This document shows positions 39,612-48,734 of a stretch of DNA of 58,893 nt, piece by piece. The notes under the pieces are model-generated. The model searched no databases and was not told the DNA's origin. It saw nothing but the letters and a program-made list of their open reading frames with translations. The number at the start of each line of letters is the position of its first letter. Positions within the stretch are counted from its first letter, which is position 1. Origin of the DNA: a bacterium (GTDB taxonomy: Bacteria; JAMCPX01). The stretch is taken from assembly GCA_037439545.1 (NCBI GenBank), contig JBBIVV010000013.1, positions 1 through 58,893 on the forward strand, read 5' to 3'. A program made the position numbers and the translations under genes.

Positions 39612-41556
39612 TTACTTTCCCCTCCTTGACTATAATTTTTTCCATCGTTATTGCGGATGTCGGGCATATAATTGCGCACAATCCGCAGCGTATGCATTTC
39701 TCGTCATCTTTAAGCAGGACCGTTACCGGTTCATTGTTTTCATATCCGAGATTGTTATAAATATTTTTCCTTGTATCCTCGTCCAGATCGACTTCTTCGA
39801 TCGGGACAAATGCATAACAGTCCTCGGGGCATACTTGAGCGCACCTGCCGCAAATAATGCATAGATCCGAATTATAAATGGGACTCACATGACACTGAAG
39901 GCACCTTCCCCCCTGGATAATTGCCTCTTCTTCGCTGTACGATTGCTCCACTTCCTGCAAACCGATCCTTTTGTCCGGCTCGAGGAGCTGGGGTGTCTTC
40001 CTTTCATACACATCATAATCCTCAGGCATCCGGTATTGTTCGGTCCGCAGAACTTCGACCTTTACCTTATACTCTATCGTACTCTTCCTGTTCGAGAAAT
40101 ATTCATCTATCGCAACGGCCGCTTTTTTCCCATCGGATATCGCATCGATAAGGTTACGGGGGCCGAATGCAGCGTCACCGCCTGCAAAAATCCCCGGTGC
40201 AGTCGTGGCAAGCACCTTGGTATCTATCTTTATCGTTCCCCGCGGCGAGATCTCGATTCCGTCTTCTTTCTTAATAAAGGACAGATCGATCGCCTGTCCA
40301 ATTGCAAGAATGACCGAATCTGCTTCAAAGACCTTGGTGACCGACTCGTCAAATTTCGGGTTGAACATCCCCTTCTCGTCAAAAACGGACAGGACCTTTA
40401 TGAATTCGACTGCCTTGACCTTTCCGTTCTCACCTATGATGCGTTTCGGTCCCCATGAGGGAGAAAAAACTATGCCTTCATCCTTCGTTTCGACAAGTTC
40501 AGCTTTACCCTGAATGCTTCTGGCAGCAGGCATCTGATTCATCGACTCGAGACTTACGACATTGACCTCTATAGCACCTTCACGCAGTGCTGCCCTTGCT
40601 ACATCGAGTGTTTCATAAAGCCTTTGTTCCATGATATCGGACTCCGTCTCTGGAGCAGGAGGAGGCTTTACGACCTCCTTTTGAACGGTTTCAAGAAGCG
40701 TCCGCAGTGCATCTCTTGCAGCATCAAGTGCAACAAGCCCGCCGCCTATTACAACGACCCTCTTCCCGAGTTTATATTTCAATCCTTTGTTTCCTGCCAC
40801 AAGGTATTCAATGGCCTTAATGACGCCATCGAGATCCGTACCCTGTATGTTCAGACTTCGCCCCTTCTGCGCACCGACAGCTATAAACACCGCTTCATAT
40901 CCCTGTTTTCTGAGTTCGGTTATGCCGAAAGTATCTGTGATGGGCGTTTTATATTTTATCTCGACTCCGAGATCTACGATCTTCTGTATTTCTTTCTCGA
41001 GAACATAATTCGGCAGCCTGTAGCGCGGTATACCGAACCGCACCATTCCTCCGGCCGTATCGGAAGACTCAAACACGGTAACTTTATAACCGCTCAATGC
41101 AAGGTCGTGGGCGCAGGACAGACCTCCCACACCGGCACCGATAACAGCGACCTTTTTATTGTTCCTTTCGCGGTGAGAGAGAGAGGGCGCATCCCCTGTC
41201 CAGCCATGACTGTCCGGATGATAACCTTCAAATAATTTATTCTGCGTATCCGGCTGCCTGGACTCTACCCCGTAATTTTCGCATAAAAATTTCTTGAGAG
41301 AACGGATAGTGATCGGCTCATTGATGTTAACCTTGCCTTTTCTGCACGCATCTTCACAGGGAGCAGCACATACTCTTCCGCATACCGAGGCAAACGGATT
41401 CGGCGAGCGCGCTATTAAATATCCTTCTTCATACGCTTTCTTCGGAACGCTCTGGACATACATGCCCGCATCGGTACGAATAGGGCATCCCATCATACAA
41501 AGGACTTCCTCTCTGAATGACGGCAGGTTTCTTAAACCCACTTTATATTTACTCAT
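39598..41556 (-). CDS. FAD/NAD(P)-dependent Fe-S oxidoreductase (GltD/NfnB/DsrL-like) with C-terminal 2x[4Fe-4S]
   Basis: CMMGCP...CGRVCAAPCEDAC, GAGVGG, GGGLVALDAAR, FAGGD, RCLQC, CIICGRCAQVCP, CIRCGLCAIICP; no signal peptide. Confidence 0.9.
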   Translation of the reverse strand: MSKYKVGLRNLPSFREEVLCMMGCPIRTDAGMYVQSVPKKAYEEGYLIARSPNPFASVCGRVCAAPCEDACRKGKVNINEPITIRSLKKFLCENYGVESRQPDTQNKLFEGYHPDSHGWTGDAPSLSHRERNNKKVAVIGAGVGGLSCAHDLALSGYKVTVFESSDTAGGMVRFGIPRYRLPNYVLEKEIQKIVDLGVEIKYKTPITDTFGITELRKQGYEAVFIAVGAQKGRSLNIQGTDLDGVIKAIEYLVAGNKGLKYKLGKRVVVIGGGLVALDAARDALRTLLETVQKEVVKPPPAPETESDIMEQRLYETLDVARAALREGAIEVNVVSLESMNQMPAARSIQGKAELVETKDEGIVFSPSWGPKRIIGENGKVKAVEFIKVLSVFDEKGMFNPKFDESVTKVFEADSVILAIGQAIDLSFIKKEDGIEISPRGTIKIDTKVLATTAPGIFAGGDAAFGPRNLIDAISDGKKAAVAIDEYFSNRKSTIEYKVKVEVLRTEQYRMPEDYDVYERKTPQLLEPDKRIGLQEVEQSYSEEEAIIQGGRCLQCHVSPIYNSDLCIICGRCAQVCPEDCYAFVPIEEVDLDEDTRKNIYNNLGYENNEPVTVLLKDDEKCIRCGLCAIICPTSAITMEKIIVKEGKVNAGK

Positions 41557-41647
41557 GATAGACTATCCTTATTCAATAATATTACTCCCCCTCATTGCGC
41601 ACTCAGCGCGTAATGGGCCCCCTTAGAGTCTTTTATGCTTCCTCTAT

Positions 41648-42013
41648 CTAATTGTGAGCTTTGAAATAATCAATCAGAGAGTTAATTTCCCCGTCGGTTA
41701 AGCTCTGCTGAGGCATTGGTATGCCATACTGTTTTTCCAGCTCCTGTGAATGCTTGTCTGTTTTTAACATTGCGGTCGTGTTCTTCAGCCAGCGTTTAAT
41801 CCAGTCCGGACCCATGGTCTTTGCCACACCTTTGAGATCAGGCCCGACCAGCTTGCCTTTGCCTATGGTGTGACATGCCGTGCACCCTTTTGTTGCAAAA
41901 ACATCTTCACCTTTTTTTGCAAGAGTCTTTTCATTCCCTTTGCCCGCTGCAAATGCGCACACTGCAAATACCAAAGAACCGGAAACAAAGATTGTGGTCA
42001 ACATTTTTTTCAT
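41648..42013 (-). CDS. Periplasmic monoheme class I cytochrome c
   Basis: Signal peptide, CTACH, GPDL and distal Met in IPMP; GGAGG RBS. Confidence 0.92.
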   Translation of the reverse strand: MKKMLTTIFVSGSLVFAVCAFAAGKGNEKTLAKKGEDVFATKGCTACHTIGKGKLVGPDLKGVAKTMGPDWIKRWLKNTTAMLKTDKHSQELEKQYGIPMPQQSLTDGEINSLIDYFKAHN

Positions 42014-42252
42014 TATCGATTTCCCTCCATTAACTAATTTATAATAAATATCTGTAGCTTTTTCAATAAAAAAATTGTATTATGAGCAAATCAATCATAT
42101 TTATAAAATGAAACTCTATTAAATTTGTAATAGTTTTTTGTCAAGCTTTTTTTTACCTGCTTTTTTGATTATGACGTGCAATGAAAAAATTGCTTGACTA
42201 ATTAAATAAAAGTATGACTTTGTAACATACCCTTTTACAAGGACGTGTAACT

Positions 42253-42966
42253 ATGATGAAAAATATGAAGTATATAATACTGTTATTCGTAGTGCTTTTT
42301 TACGCTCCAGGCGTACAGGCGGACCAAAATGCCTGCGTTGCCTGTCACACCACCTTAAATACTGATCAGGATAAATCCGTCATGGATTGCTGGCAGCGTT
42401 CACTCCATAAACAGAACGGCATAACCTGCGACGCGTGCCACAGGGGTAATCCGGATATCGCGGCCGGCAATGTGAATCGCTTATCGAAAGAACAGTTTCT
42501 TGCCTTAAAAGCGCGCGCAATGTCTCCGGCCAAAGGGTTTATAGGCATACCCTCGTCAACGCAGATGTTTGACATGTGCGGACAGTGTCATAGTGATTCA
42601 GTCAACAGATATAAAAACAGTATTATGGGTGTTGCGTATCTCGACAAGAAAGGCGGCCCGTCCTGTACCGATTGTCATTCAGCCCATTATGTCATTATTC
42701 CCGATGTCCCGAAAACATGCGAAAAATGCCATAAAGATACGACTGGATTCGATCAGATAGACCCCATGAACGTGAACGATGCAACAGTGAGCGACCTTTC
42801 AAGAATAAGGATAAAACTTGCGGAAGAAAGGGTTAAGGGCAAAGAACCGCCGTTGTTCCCTGAAGAACTCGGCTCGTTCCAGATTGGATTTGTTGCATTC
42901 GGAGCAATCATTGTTTTGTTCATTATTGCTTACCTTATATTCATGTTGATAGAGAAAAGGAGGTAA
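42253..42966 (+). CDS. Pentaheme cytochrome c with C-terminal membrane anchor
   Basis: Signal peptide VQA|; CVACH, CDACH, CGQCH, CTDCH, CEKCH; C-terminal hydrophobic helix then EKRR. Confidence 0.9.
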   Translation: MMKNMKYIILLFVVLFYAPGVQADQNACVACHTTLNTDQDKSVMDCWQRSLHKQNGITCDACHRGNPDIAAGNVNRLSKEQFLALKARAMSPAKGFIGIPSSTQMFDMCGQCHSDSVNRYKNSIMGVAYLDKKGGPSCTDCHSAHYVIIPDVPKTCEKCHKDTTGFDQIDPMNVNDATVSDLSRIRIKLAEERVKGKEPPLFPEELGSFQIGFVAFGAIIVLFIIAYLIFMLIEKRR

Positions 42967-42967
42967 C

Positions 42968-43231
42968 ATGGGTTTTGAAGTCATCCACAGTAAGAAGCCG
43001 TCCTACTCAATAAGTGCAGCGATCACCATTACACTGTTGTCCCTTGCATCGCTCGTCATAAGTGTACTGTTCGCCTATTTGTTTATCACAGGAAAGAGCA
43101 CAAATTTTATCATAGGTATGATGCTGTCCGCAGAATTTCTCGTTGCAGGTATTATCCTTGTGGTGTATCTGAAATATTTTCTTGTATTCAGAGAGGTCTC
43201 TGAAGACAGGAAGGAGGAACTGTTATGGTAA
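42968..43231 (+). CDS. Small 2-TM membrane protein, probable subunit of complex 2
   Basis: AGGAGG RBS; two hydrophobic helices; tightly coupled to both neighbours. Confidence 0.7.
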   Translation: MGFEVIHSKKPSYSISAAITITLLSLASLVISVLFAYLFITGKSTNFIIGMMLSAEFLVAGIILVVYLKYFLVFREVSEDRKEELLW

Positions 43232-43833
43232 ATCAATCCGACACCGGAAATAAGGCGGGTATCACAAGAAGAAAATTTATACTCGGTGCAATTATCGTAT
43301 CTATCGCCGGGGCCTTCGGCTCCCTTCTGTCCGTTCTCAAGGTCTTGTCCCCTTCGAAAAAGGGCAGCGGCTATGTGTCTACGATCGCGGTGGGAGATCG
43401 GCTTGTTTATGCATCGGGCAGCAATATAGGTGCTGACCTGAAAGCAAGCTCATTGAATACCGGTGACGCTGTACTCGTATATCCAAAGTCCAAGTCATCG
43501 AATCCTGCAAACCTGGTACAGCTTATCAAGCTGAACGACTCCGACTTTAAAGCACCGACAGACGTTAAATTGACGGATAAAGGGTTTGTTGCTTATAGCG
43601 CGATATGCACGCACCTTGGATGTACCGTATCATGGGTAAAAAACGAAAGTGCGCCGGACACTTCATACACGGAATGCTTCTGTCACAACAGCATATTCAA
43701 TCCGGCAACGGGTGAAAAGGTAGAAGGCGGACCCGCACCGATACCGCTTGCGCAGATAGGCATTAAGGTGACGGATAACGATACGCTCGTCTTTACGAGC
43801 GATTTTACAGGCCCGATAGGCCCGCAGGTTTAA
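43225..43833 (+). CDS. Rieske 2Fe-2S protein of complex 2
   Basis: Tat motif TRRKFI; AYSAICTHLGC; variant box 2 CFCHNSIF; GGPAPIPL. Confidence 0.92.
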   Translation: MVNQSDTGNKAGITRRKFILGAIIVSIAGAFGSLLSVLKVLSPSKKGSGYVSTIAVGDRLVYASGSNIGADLKASSLNTGDAVLVYPKSKSSNPANLVQLIKLNDSDFKAPTDVKLTDKGFVAYSAICTHLGCTVSWVKNESAPDTSYTECFCHNSIFNPATGEKVEGGPAPIPLAQIGIKVTDNDTLVFTSDFTGPIGPQV

Positions 43834-43851
43834 TAAAAAGGGGATTATGCG

Positions 43852-45108
43852 ATGTTTAAATGGTTTGATGAGAGGCTTGAACTAAAAAAATTCAAAGAAA
43901 AGTTTTTATCCAAAACATTTCCGACCCACCCGACATTCCTCCTGGGTGAAATAGCCCTGTTCTCATTCGTGACACTCGTCATAACGGGCATATTTCTCGG
44001 ACTGCTCTATGAGCCGTCGTCAAAGATGGTTTCATTGTTCGGTGCAATGGTGCCGGCTGCTTATGCAAGTGTCGTAAGAATAGATCTGCTTCCCATGGGC
44101 ATGCTCATAAGGCGGATACATCACTGGAGTGCAATGATCATGATAGCTTCGATATTGGCACACCTTATGAGGGTTTTTTTCACCTCCGCTTACAGAAACC
44201 CGCGGGAGATAAACTGGTATGTGGGGCTCGGGCTCTTCGGCATTTCCTTGTTCGCTGCATTTACGGGCTATCTGCTGCCGTACAGCAATTTCTCCGTTAC
44301 AGCAACTTCCATCGGCTATTACATAGCAAAGTCGGTCCCGTGGATCGGCAACTGGATCTCAAGACTCGTTTTCGCCGGTGACTTTCCGTCCGATTCTACA
44401 GTCCCGAGGTTTTTCTTTTTACATGTCATGCTGATACCTGTCCTGCTTATCGGCACTATAGGGTTACACATGATGATCCTTATCAAGCAGAAACATACGG
44501 AACCCGCATCGAACAGGAACAAAAAAGAGGCTGAGAACGGCAAGAGGCTTATCGGCATACCCATCTGGCCTGAACAGACCGTTATCAGCATAGCATTCTT
44601 TTTCTTTCTGTTGTTTACCGTTGTTATTATATCGACGTTCATACCTTTAAATCCGATTGAGACCTACGGTCCGCCTGCGGCGGGTACTCCTGTCATGCGG
44701 CCCGACTGGTACTTCCTGGTCGTCTATGGATTTCTTAAATTGATACCCGGTAATTTAACATTCTCAATTCTCGGAGGGAAGATCACGCCGGAAACTATCG
44801 GCGGGGTTCTATTCCCCACGTTTATAATTCTCGTATTTGTACTGCTTCCCTTGCTCGATAAGGCAAAAGAGCCTCAACACTATATTACGAATCCGCTTCA
44901 CAGGCCATTCATGACGTCATTCGGCATTACAGGCGGTGTTTTCCTTACCATGTTTGTCGTTTCGGGTTACATTGACGTCCTGAAGATAGCACCAAGGACA
45001 ATGATCTATTATGTACTACTTGCAACAGCGGGAACGGGAATTCTATCCTACACTCTTCTCAGGTTTTATAATAAAAACAATGACGGAGGAAAAAATGTTA
45101 AACTCTAA
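43852..45108 (+). CDS. Cytochrome b (QcrB-like) of Rieske/cytb complex 2
   Basis: FPTHPTFLLGEIALFSF, RRIHHWSA...AHLMRVFF, PREINW, TGYLLP, FLH-x14-H and Qo motif PDWY. Confidence 0.93.
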   Translation: MFKWFDERLELKKFKEKFLSKTFPTHPTFLLGEIALFSFVTLVITGIFLGLLYEPSSKMVSLFGAMVPAAYASVVRIDLLPMGMLIRRIHHWSAMIMIASILAHLMRVFFTSAYRNPREINWYVGLGLFGISLFAAFTGYLLPYSNFSVTATSIGYYIAKSVPWIGNWISRLVFAGDFPSDSTVPRFFFLHVMLIPVLLIGTIGLHMMILIKQKHTEPASNRNKKEAENGKRLIGIPIWPEQTVISIAFFFFLLFTVVIISTFIPLNPIETYGPPAAGTPVMRPDWYFLVVYGFLKLIPGNLTFSILGGKITPETIGGVLFPTFIILVFVLLPLLDKAKEPQHYITNPLHRPFMTSFGITGGVFLTMFVVSGYIDVLKIAPRTMIYYVLLATAGTGILSYTLLRFYNKNNDGGKNVKL

Positions 45109-45847
45109 ATATACTCTTTCGCTATTCATTCTATTGATTACCGCGTCTATCCTCGGCATACAGGGCTACGCAGAGGCAAATAATTCCTGTATAAAATGCC
45201 ATACGGCCTTAACGAACAACAGTTTTGTCGGGACAAAGTCACATAGCTGGGAAGGTTCTATACATCAGGAGCATGGTGTCACCTGCGACAAATGTCACGG
45301 AGGCGACCCGGGTGCCGTAGAAGCGAACCTTGCGCACGTCGGCGTTTTCAGCTCGAGCAACGCGGACAGCAAGGTCTATTATAAAAACATTCCTTCGACC
45401 TGCGGTAAATGTCACGGCGCGGAGCTTTATAAATTTACACAGAGCTTTCACTATAAAAAACTCGAAACAACCGGTCAGGGGCCAAACTGTGTAACCTGCC
45501 ATGGCTCCATGGTTACGACAATCCTGCAACCGGATGATCTGGCAAATGTCTGCGAAAGATGCCACAACAGCAGAATAGGCGTCCTGCCTTACATTCCGCA
45601 AAAGGCAAAGACCGTCCTGTTATTGTTAAAAGAGAGCAGGTCGCTTATCCATGCGGATGAAAAGCTTTGCCGGTCGAAGGACGATCAAAAGATATTAAGT
45701 TCTGCGGAGGCAAATCTTTCTTCAGCGAGATTGGAATGGCACACATTCGATCTTGACGCAATTGTTCGGTATTTACAGGACGCAGATAATGCGCTGGAAA
45801 AACTATCTCTGCCAAAACAACCGGCCATCAAAAAGAAGCAGCCTTAG
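45095..45847 (+). CDS. Periplasmic pentaheme cytochrome c
   Basis: Start moved to ATG 45095 after GGAGG. Signal peptide AEA|; CIKCH, CDKCH, CGKCH, CVTCH, CERCH. Confidence 0.9.
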   Translation: MLNSKYTLSLFILLITASILGIQGYAEANNSCIKCHTALTNNSFVGTKSHSWEGSIHQEHGVTCDKCHGGDPGAVEANLAHVGVFSSSNADSKVYYKNIPSTCGKCHGAELYKFTQSFHYKKLETTGQGPNCVTCHGSMVTTILQPDDLANVCERCHNSRIGVLPYIPQKAKTVLLLLKESRSLIHADEKLCRSKDDQKILSSAEANLSSARLEWHTFDLDAIVRYLQDADNALEKLSLPKQPAIKKKQP

Positions 45848-45892
45848 TAAACGTATTAACTATATCGGCTTACTTGTAGTGCTTGTATTCGG

Positions 45893-46360
45893 TCAATACG
45901 TCTTATTTATTTCCGCTTTTTTGAGCACTTGAACTATATCCGTATGCTTTTCAGCCTCTGCCCAGGTCAATGCACTGTCTCCGAACTTATCCACGACATT
46001 TATATACGCACCGTTTTCCAGCAATAACTTCACCGTGCTTATATTCCCGGTGTATGCCGCAAGCATCAACGCCGTCTGACCGTCGTCATTTTTTACATTC
46101 GGATCCATGCCTGCCTGAAGGAATAGCTTGACCACATTTGTGTTACCGGTCTTTGCGTTATTTAGAAATTGGTCGGCATTGTACTGAATGTTCGACTTTG
46201 ATAATTCTTCGCGTGCCTTTTCGGGACTTTTGGTACATCCGGAAATCAGGAGCTGTATCAAGCATAGTCCGACAGTGAGCCCCGCATAATAACGTAACAA
46301 TGAGTTTCTTTTAGACCTATTAAATTTATCTTGGTTCTGTGTAAATTTCTTATATTCCAT
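45893..46360 (-). CDS. Ankyrin-repeat lipoprotein
   Basis: Lipobox LISG|C; GQTALMLAA...VKLLLENGA, GDSALTWA. Confidence 0.85.
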   Translation of the reverse strand: MEYKKFTQNQDKFNRSKRNSLLRYYAGLTVGLCLIQLLISGCTKSPEKAREELSKSNIQYNADQFLNNAKTGNTNVVKLFLQAGMDPNVKNDDGQTALMLAAYTGNISTVKLLLENGAYINVVDKFGDSALTWAEAEKHTDIVQVLKKAEINKTY

Positions 46361-46530
46361 TTTCGTTACCCCCTGTTATTGTATATTATTTGTATTCACA
46401 AAAAGGCATACATGTCAACATGATATATGCTGTTGTTTTTATCGAACATTTTTGAATTACACTATTCAACATTGGCTTGACTAAGTGTGCTCCCCTGCAA
46501 TATGATAAAAAAATCAAAGGGAGGATCTTT

Positions 46531-47763
46531 ATGAACCAGACAGAGAAGAATTACAGTTCTTACAGGTGGATTGTTTTAGTTTTGTTCATGTTTCAGGTCA
46601 TTCTTACACAGTTTCTTTGGCTCAATTTCGCAGCGATTCAGCCGACTCTTGAGAAGCTCCTCAGTATAACCGATTTCCAGTTCGTTTTATTGCTTTCGGT
46701 CTTCAACATATTCAATCTTCTGCTTTCCCTGCCTGTCGGGGCTATTCTCGACTCAAAGGGATTTAAGTTTACCGTGGGACTGGGATCGATCATCATGGCC
46801 GTTGCTGTTCTGCTAAGGCTCCGCTCCGGCAGTTATGCATGGATACTTGCCGGCCAGATCGGTATAGCCATTGCCCAGCCCTTTATCGTGAACAGCGGTG
46901 CCAAGCTGGCATCCGTATGGTTCAATAAAAACGAGGAGGCGATTGCAAACGGACTTGCATCCATGGCAATGTTCATCGGTATGATAGCAGGCCTTGTCAT
47001 TACCCCGATTATCATCCATCACATGAATCTCTTTCACGTTATCGCGATCTACGATGCGGTAACCGTTTTCGGTTCTGTCATATTCCTGCTTTTTGCTAAA
47101 GACAACCCGGCCATCAGTACGACGATCAAACATGAAGAACAGGCGTACCATCCTATAAAGGCATACAAAGAGCTTTTCCGGATCAAAGAAATGATCGTGC
47201 TCGCCTGCATCATGTTTATCGGTGTCGGCTTTTTCAACGGCTTTACCAATTGGCTGGATAAGCTGTTGCTTCCCCAGGGCTTCACCGAGGATCAGAGCGG
47301 AATGATCGGGGGTATTCTCGTTGCAGGCGGTATTGCCGGTGCAATCGTTATTCCTCTTCTGTCGGATCTTATTAAGAAAAGAAAGCCCTTTTTGATCATA
47401 GGAACCATTTCCGCCGGTCTCTTTATGTATCCTTTAATGCAGACAAGGGACCTTACCACAGCAATCGTTCTTGCGGCAATCCTCGGATTTATGGTTATAT
47501 CCCTGCTGCCTATTCTGTTCCAAATGACGATAGAGATCGTAGGCGAGCGATTGACCGGCAGCGCCACGGGTATGCTTTGGGTATTCGGCGCAACCGGAGC
47601 AATCATCACCATCTACAGCATGGAATTCATCGGTGAGAGGACCAATGATTTCCGCAACGGTGTGTGGGTTTTGATGGTCCTGTTTGCTATTGCTTTCATT
47701 CTGTCCCTTCTGTTGAAGGAAACCTACGGCAGACAGCACAATAACGCATCGGGAAAGGAATAA
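46531..47763 (+). CDS. MFS transporter
   Basis: About 12 TM segments, YRWIVL start, LSDLIKKRKP loop; GGGAGG RBS before ATG 46531. Confidence 0.9.
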   Translation: MNQTEKNYSSYRWIVLVLFMFQVILTQFLWLNFAAIQPTLEKLLSITDFQFVLLLSVFNIFNLLLSLPVGAILDSKGFKFTVGLGSIIMAVAVLLRLRSGSYAWILAGQIGIAIAQPFIVNSGAKLASVWFNKNEEAIANGLASMAMFIGMIAGLVITPIIIHHMNLFHVIAIYDAVTVFGSVIFLLFAKDNPAISTTIKHEEQAYHPIKAYKELFRIKEMIVLACIMFIGVGFFNGFTNWLDKLLLPQGFTEDQSGMIGGILVAGGIAGAIVIPLLSDLIKKRKPFLIIGTISAGLFMYPLMQTRDLTTAIVLAAILGFMVISLLPILFQMTIEIVGERLTGSATGMLWVFGATGAIITIYSMEFIGERTNDFRNGVWVLMVLFAIAFILSLLLKETYGRQHNNASGKE

Positions 47764-47770
47764 ACGCTCC

Positions 47771-48703
47771 ATGCAGAATTCGCTACGGACATTTGCCGTC
47801 GTTAATCTCAAGTCAGCAAACGGAAAAACTGAAAAACTCTGGCCTGATATAAAAAAAGCCTTATCAGAGGCCATAGACAGCTTTGAGTTTGCTTTTACAA
47901 CCGGACAATATACAGCTCCGGATATGACGAAACAAGCTATCAAATCGGGATTTAGCCGCATTATATCCGTTGGCGGGGATGGGACACTGAACGAGGTCGT
48001 CAATGGATTCTTCGAACAGGACAAACCGGTAAATCCGCAGGCAGTCCTTGGAGTAATCTCAATGGGAACAGGCGCTGATTTTATCAAGACGACCGGCATA
48101 CCAAAACCATATCAGGATGCGGTAAAGGTCATAAACCGGGCAAACACCCGCACACTCGATGCCGGTAAAATTAAATTTATGTCATCTGCAGGCAAAGAAA
48201 CGACTCGCTATTTTATCAATATAGCCGACGCAGGCATCGGCGGTGAGACCGTCGACAGAGTCAACAGAACGACCAAGATGTTCGGTGGTTTTGTATCCTT
48301 TCTGTGGGGAACCATCCTCACTCTCGTCACGTATAAAAATAAGAATATTACCATAACGCTCGACGGCAACAAACCGTATGACGCCGAGATCAACATGCTT
48401 GCCATTGCCAATTGCCAGTTCTTCGGCGGAGGCATGCACATTGCTCCGAAAGCAATCCCGGATGACGGTATGTTCGATATTGTTATTATAGGCAAAGCCG
48501 GGTTCATAGATTTTCTCAGGAATTCTTCGAAGATATATAAAGGTACCCATATAAACGATCCCAAGATTGGCTATATGCATGCAAAGCATGTCGAACTTAT
48601 TTCCAAAGACAGGGTGCTTCTGGACGTGGACGGGGAGCAGCCGGGCATGCTGCCTGCAACATTCGACCTGCTGCCGAAAAGCATACAGGTGATCGTACCG
48701 TGA
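47771..48703 (+). CDS. YegS/BmrU-like diacylglycerol kinase family lipid kinase
   Basis: VGGDGTLNEVVNG, GTGADF, FFGGGM, DDGMFD and DVDGE motifs. Confidence 0.9.
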   Translation: MQNSLRTFAVVNLKSANGKTEKLWPDIKKALSEAIDSFEFAFTTGQYTAPDMTKQAIKSGFSRIISVGGDGTLNEVVNGFFEQDKPVNPQAVLGVISMGTGADFIKTTGIPKPYQDAVKVINRANTRTLDAGKIKFMSSAGKETTRYFINIADAGIGGETVDRVNRTTKMFGGFVSFLWGTILTLVTYKNKNITITLDGNKPYDAEINMLAIANCQFFGGGMHIAPKAIPDDGMFDIVIIGKAGFIDFLRNSSKIYKGTHINDPKIGYMHAKHVELISKDRVLLDVDGEQPGMLPATFDLLPKSIQVIVP

Positions 48704-48734
48704 CCAAAAATGCATTTGAAAATAGGAATGAAGG

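Noticed and set aside
39598..41556. Calling the flavoprotein dsrL, gltD or nfnB
   Set aside because: No dsr, gltB or nfnA genes are adjacent; only family-level similarity is supportable.
41591..41617. Hairpin between the monoheme cyt c and flavoprotein genes as an internal terminator
   Set aside because: It relies on G-T pairs that become A-C mismatches on the transcribed minus strand.
42014..42252. FNR, Fur or Rex boxes and promoters in the divergent region of the redox island
   Set aside because: AT-rich, with a minus-strand TTGACA (42139-42144) and a plus-strand TTGACT, but I found no well-spaced -10 and no convincing consensus palindrome.
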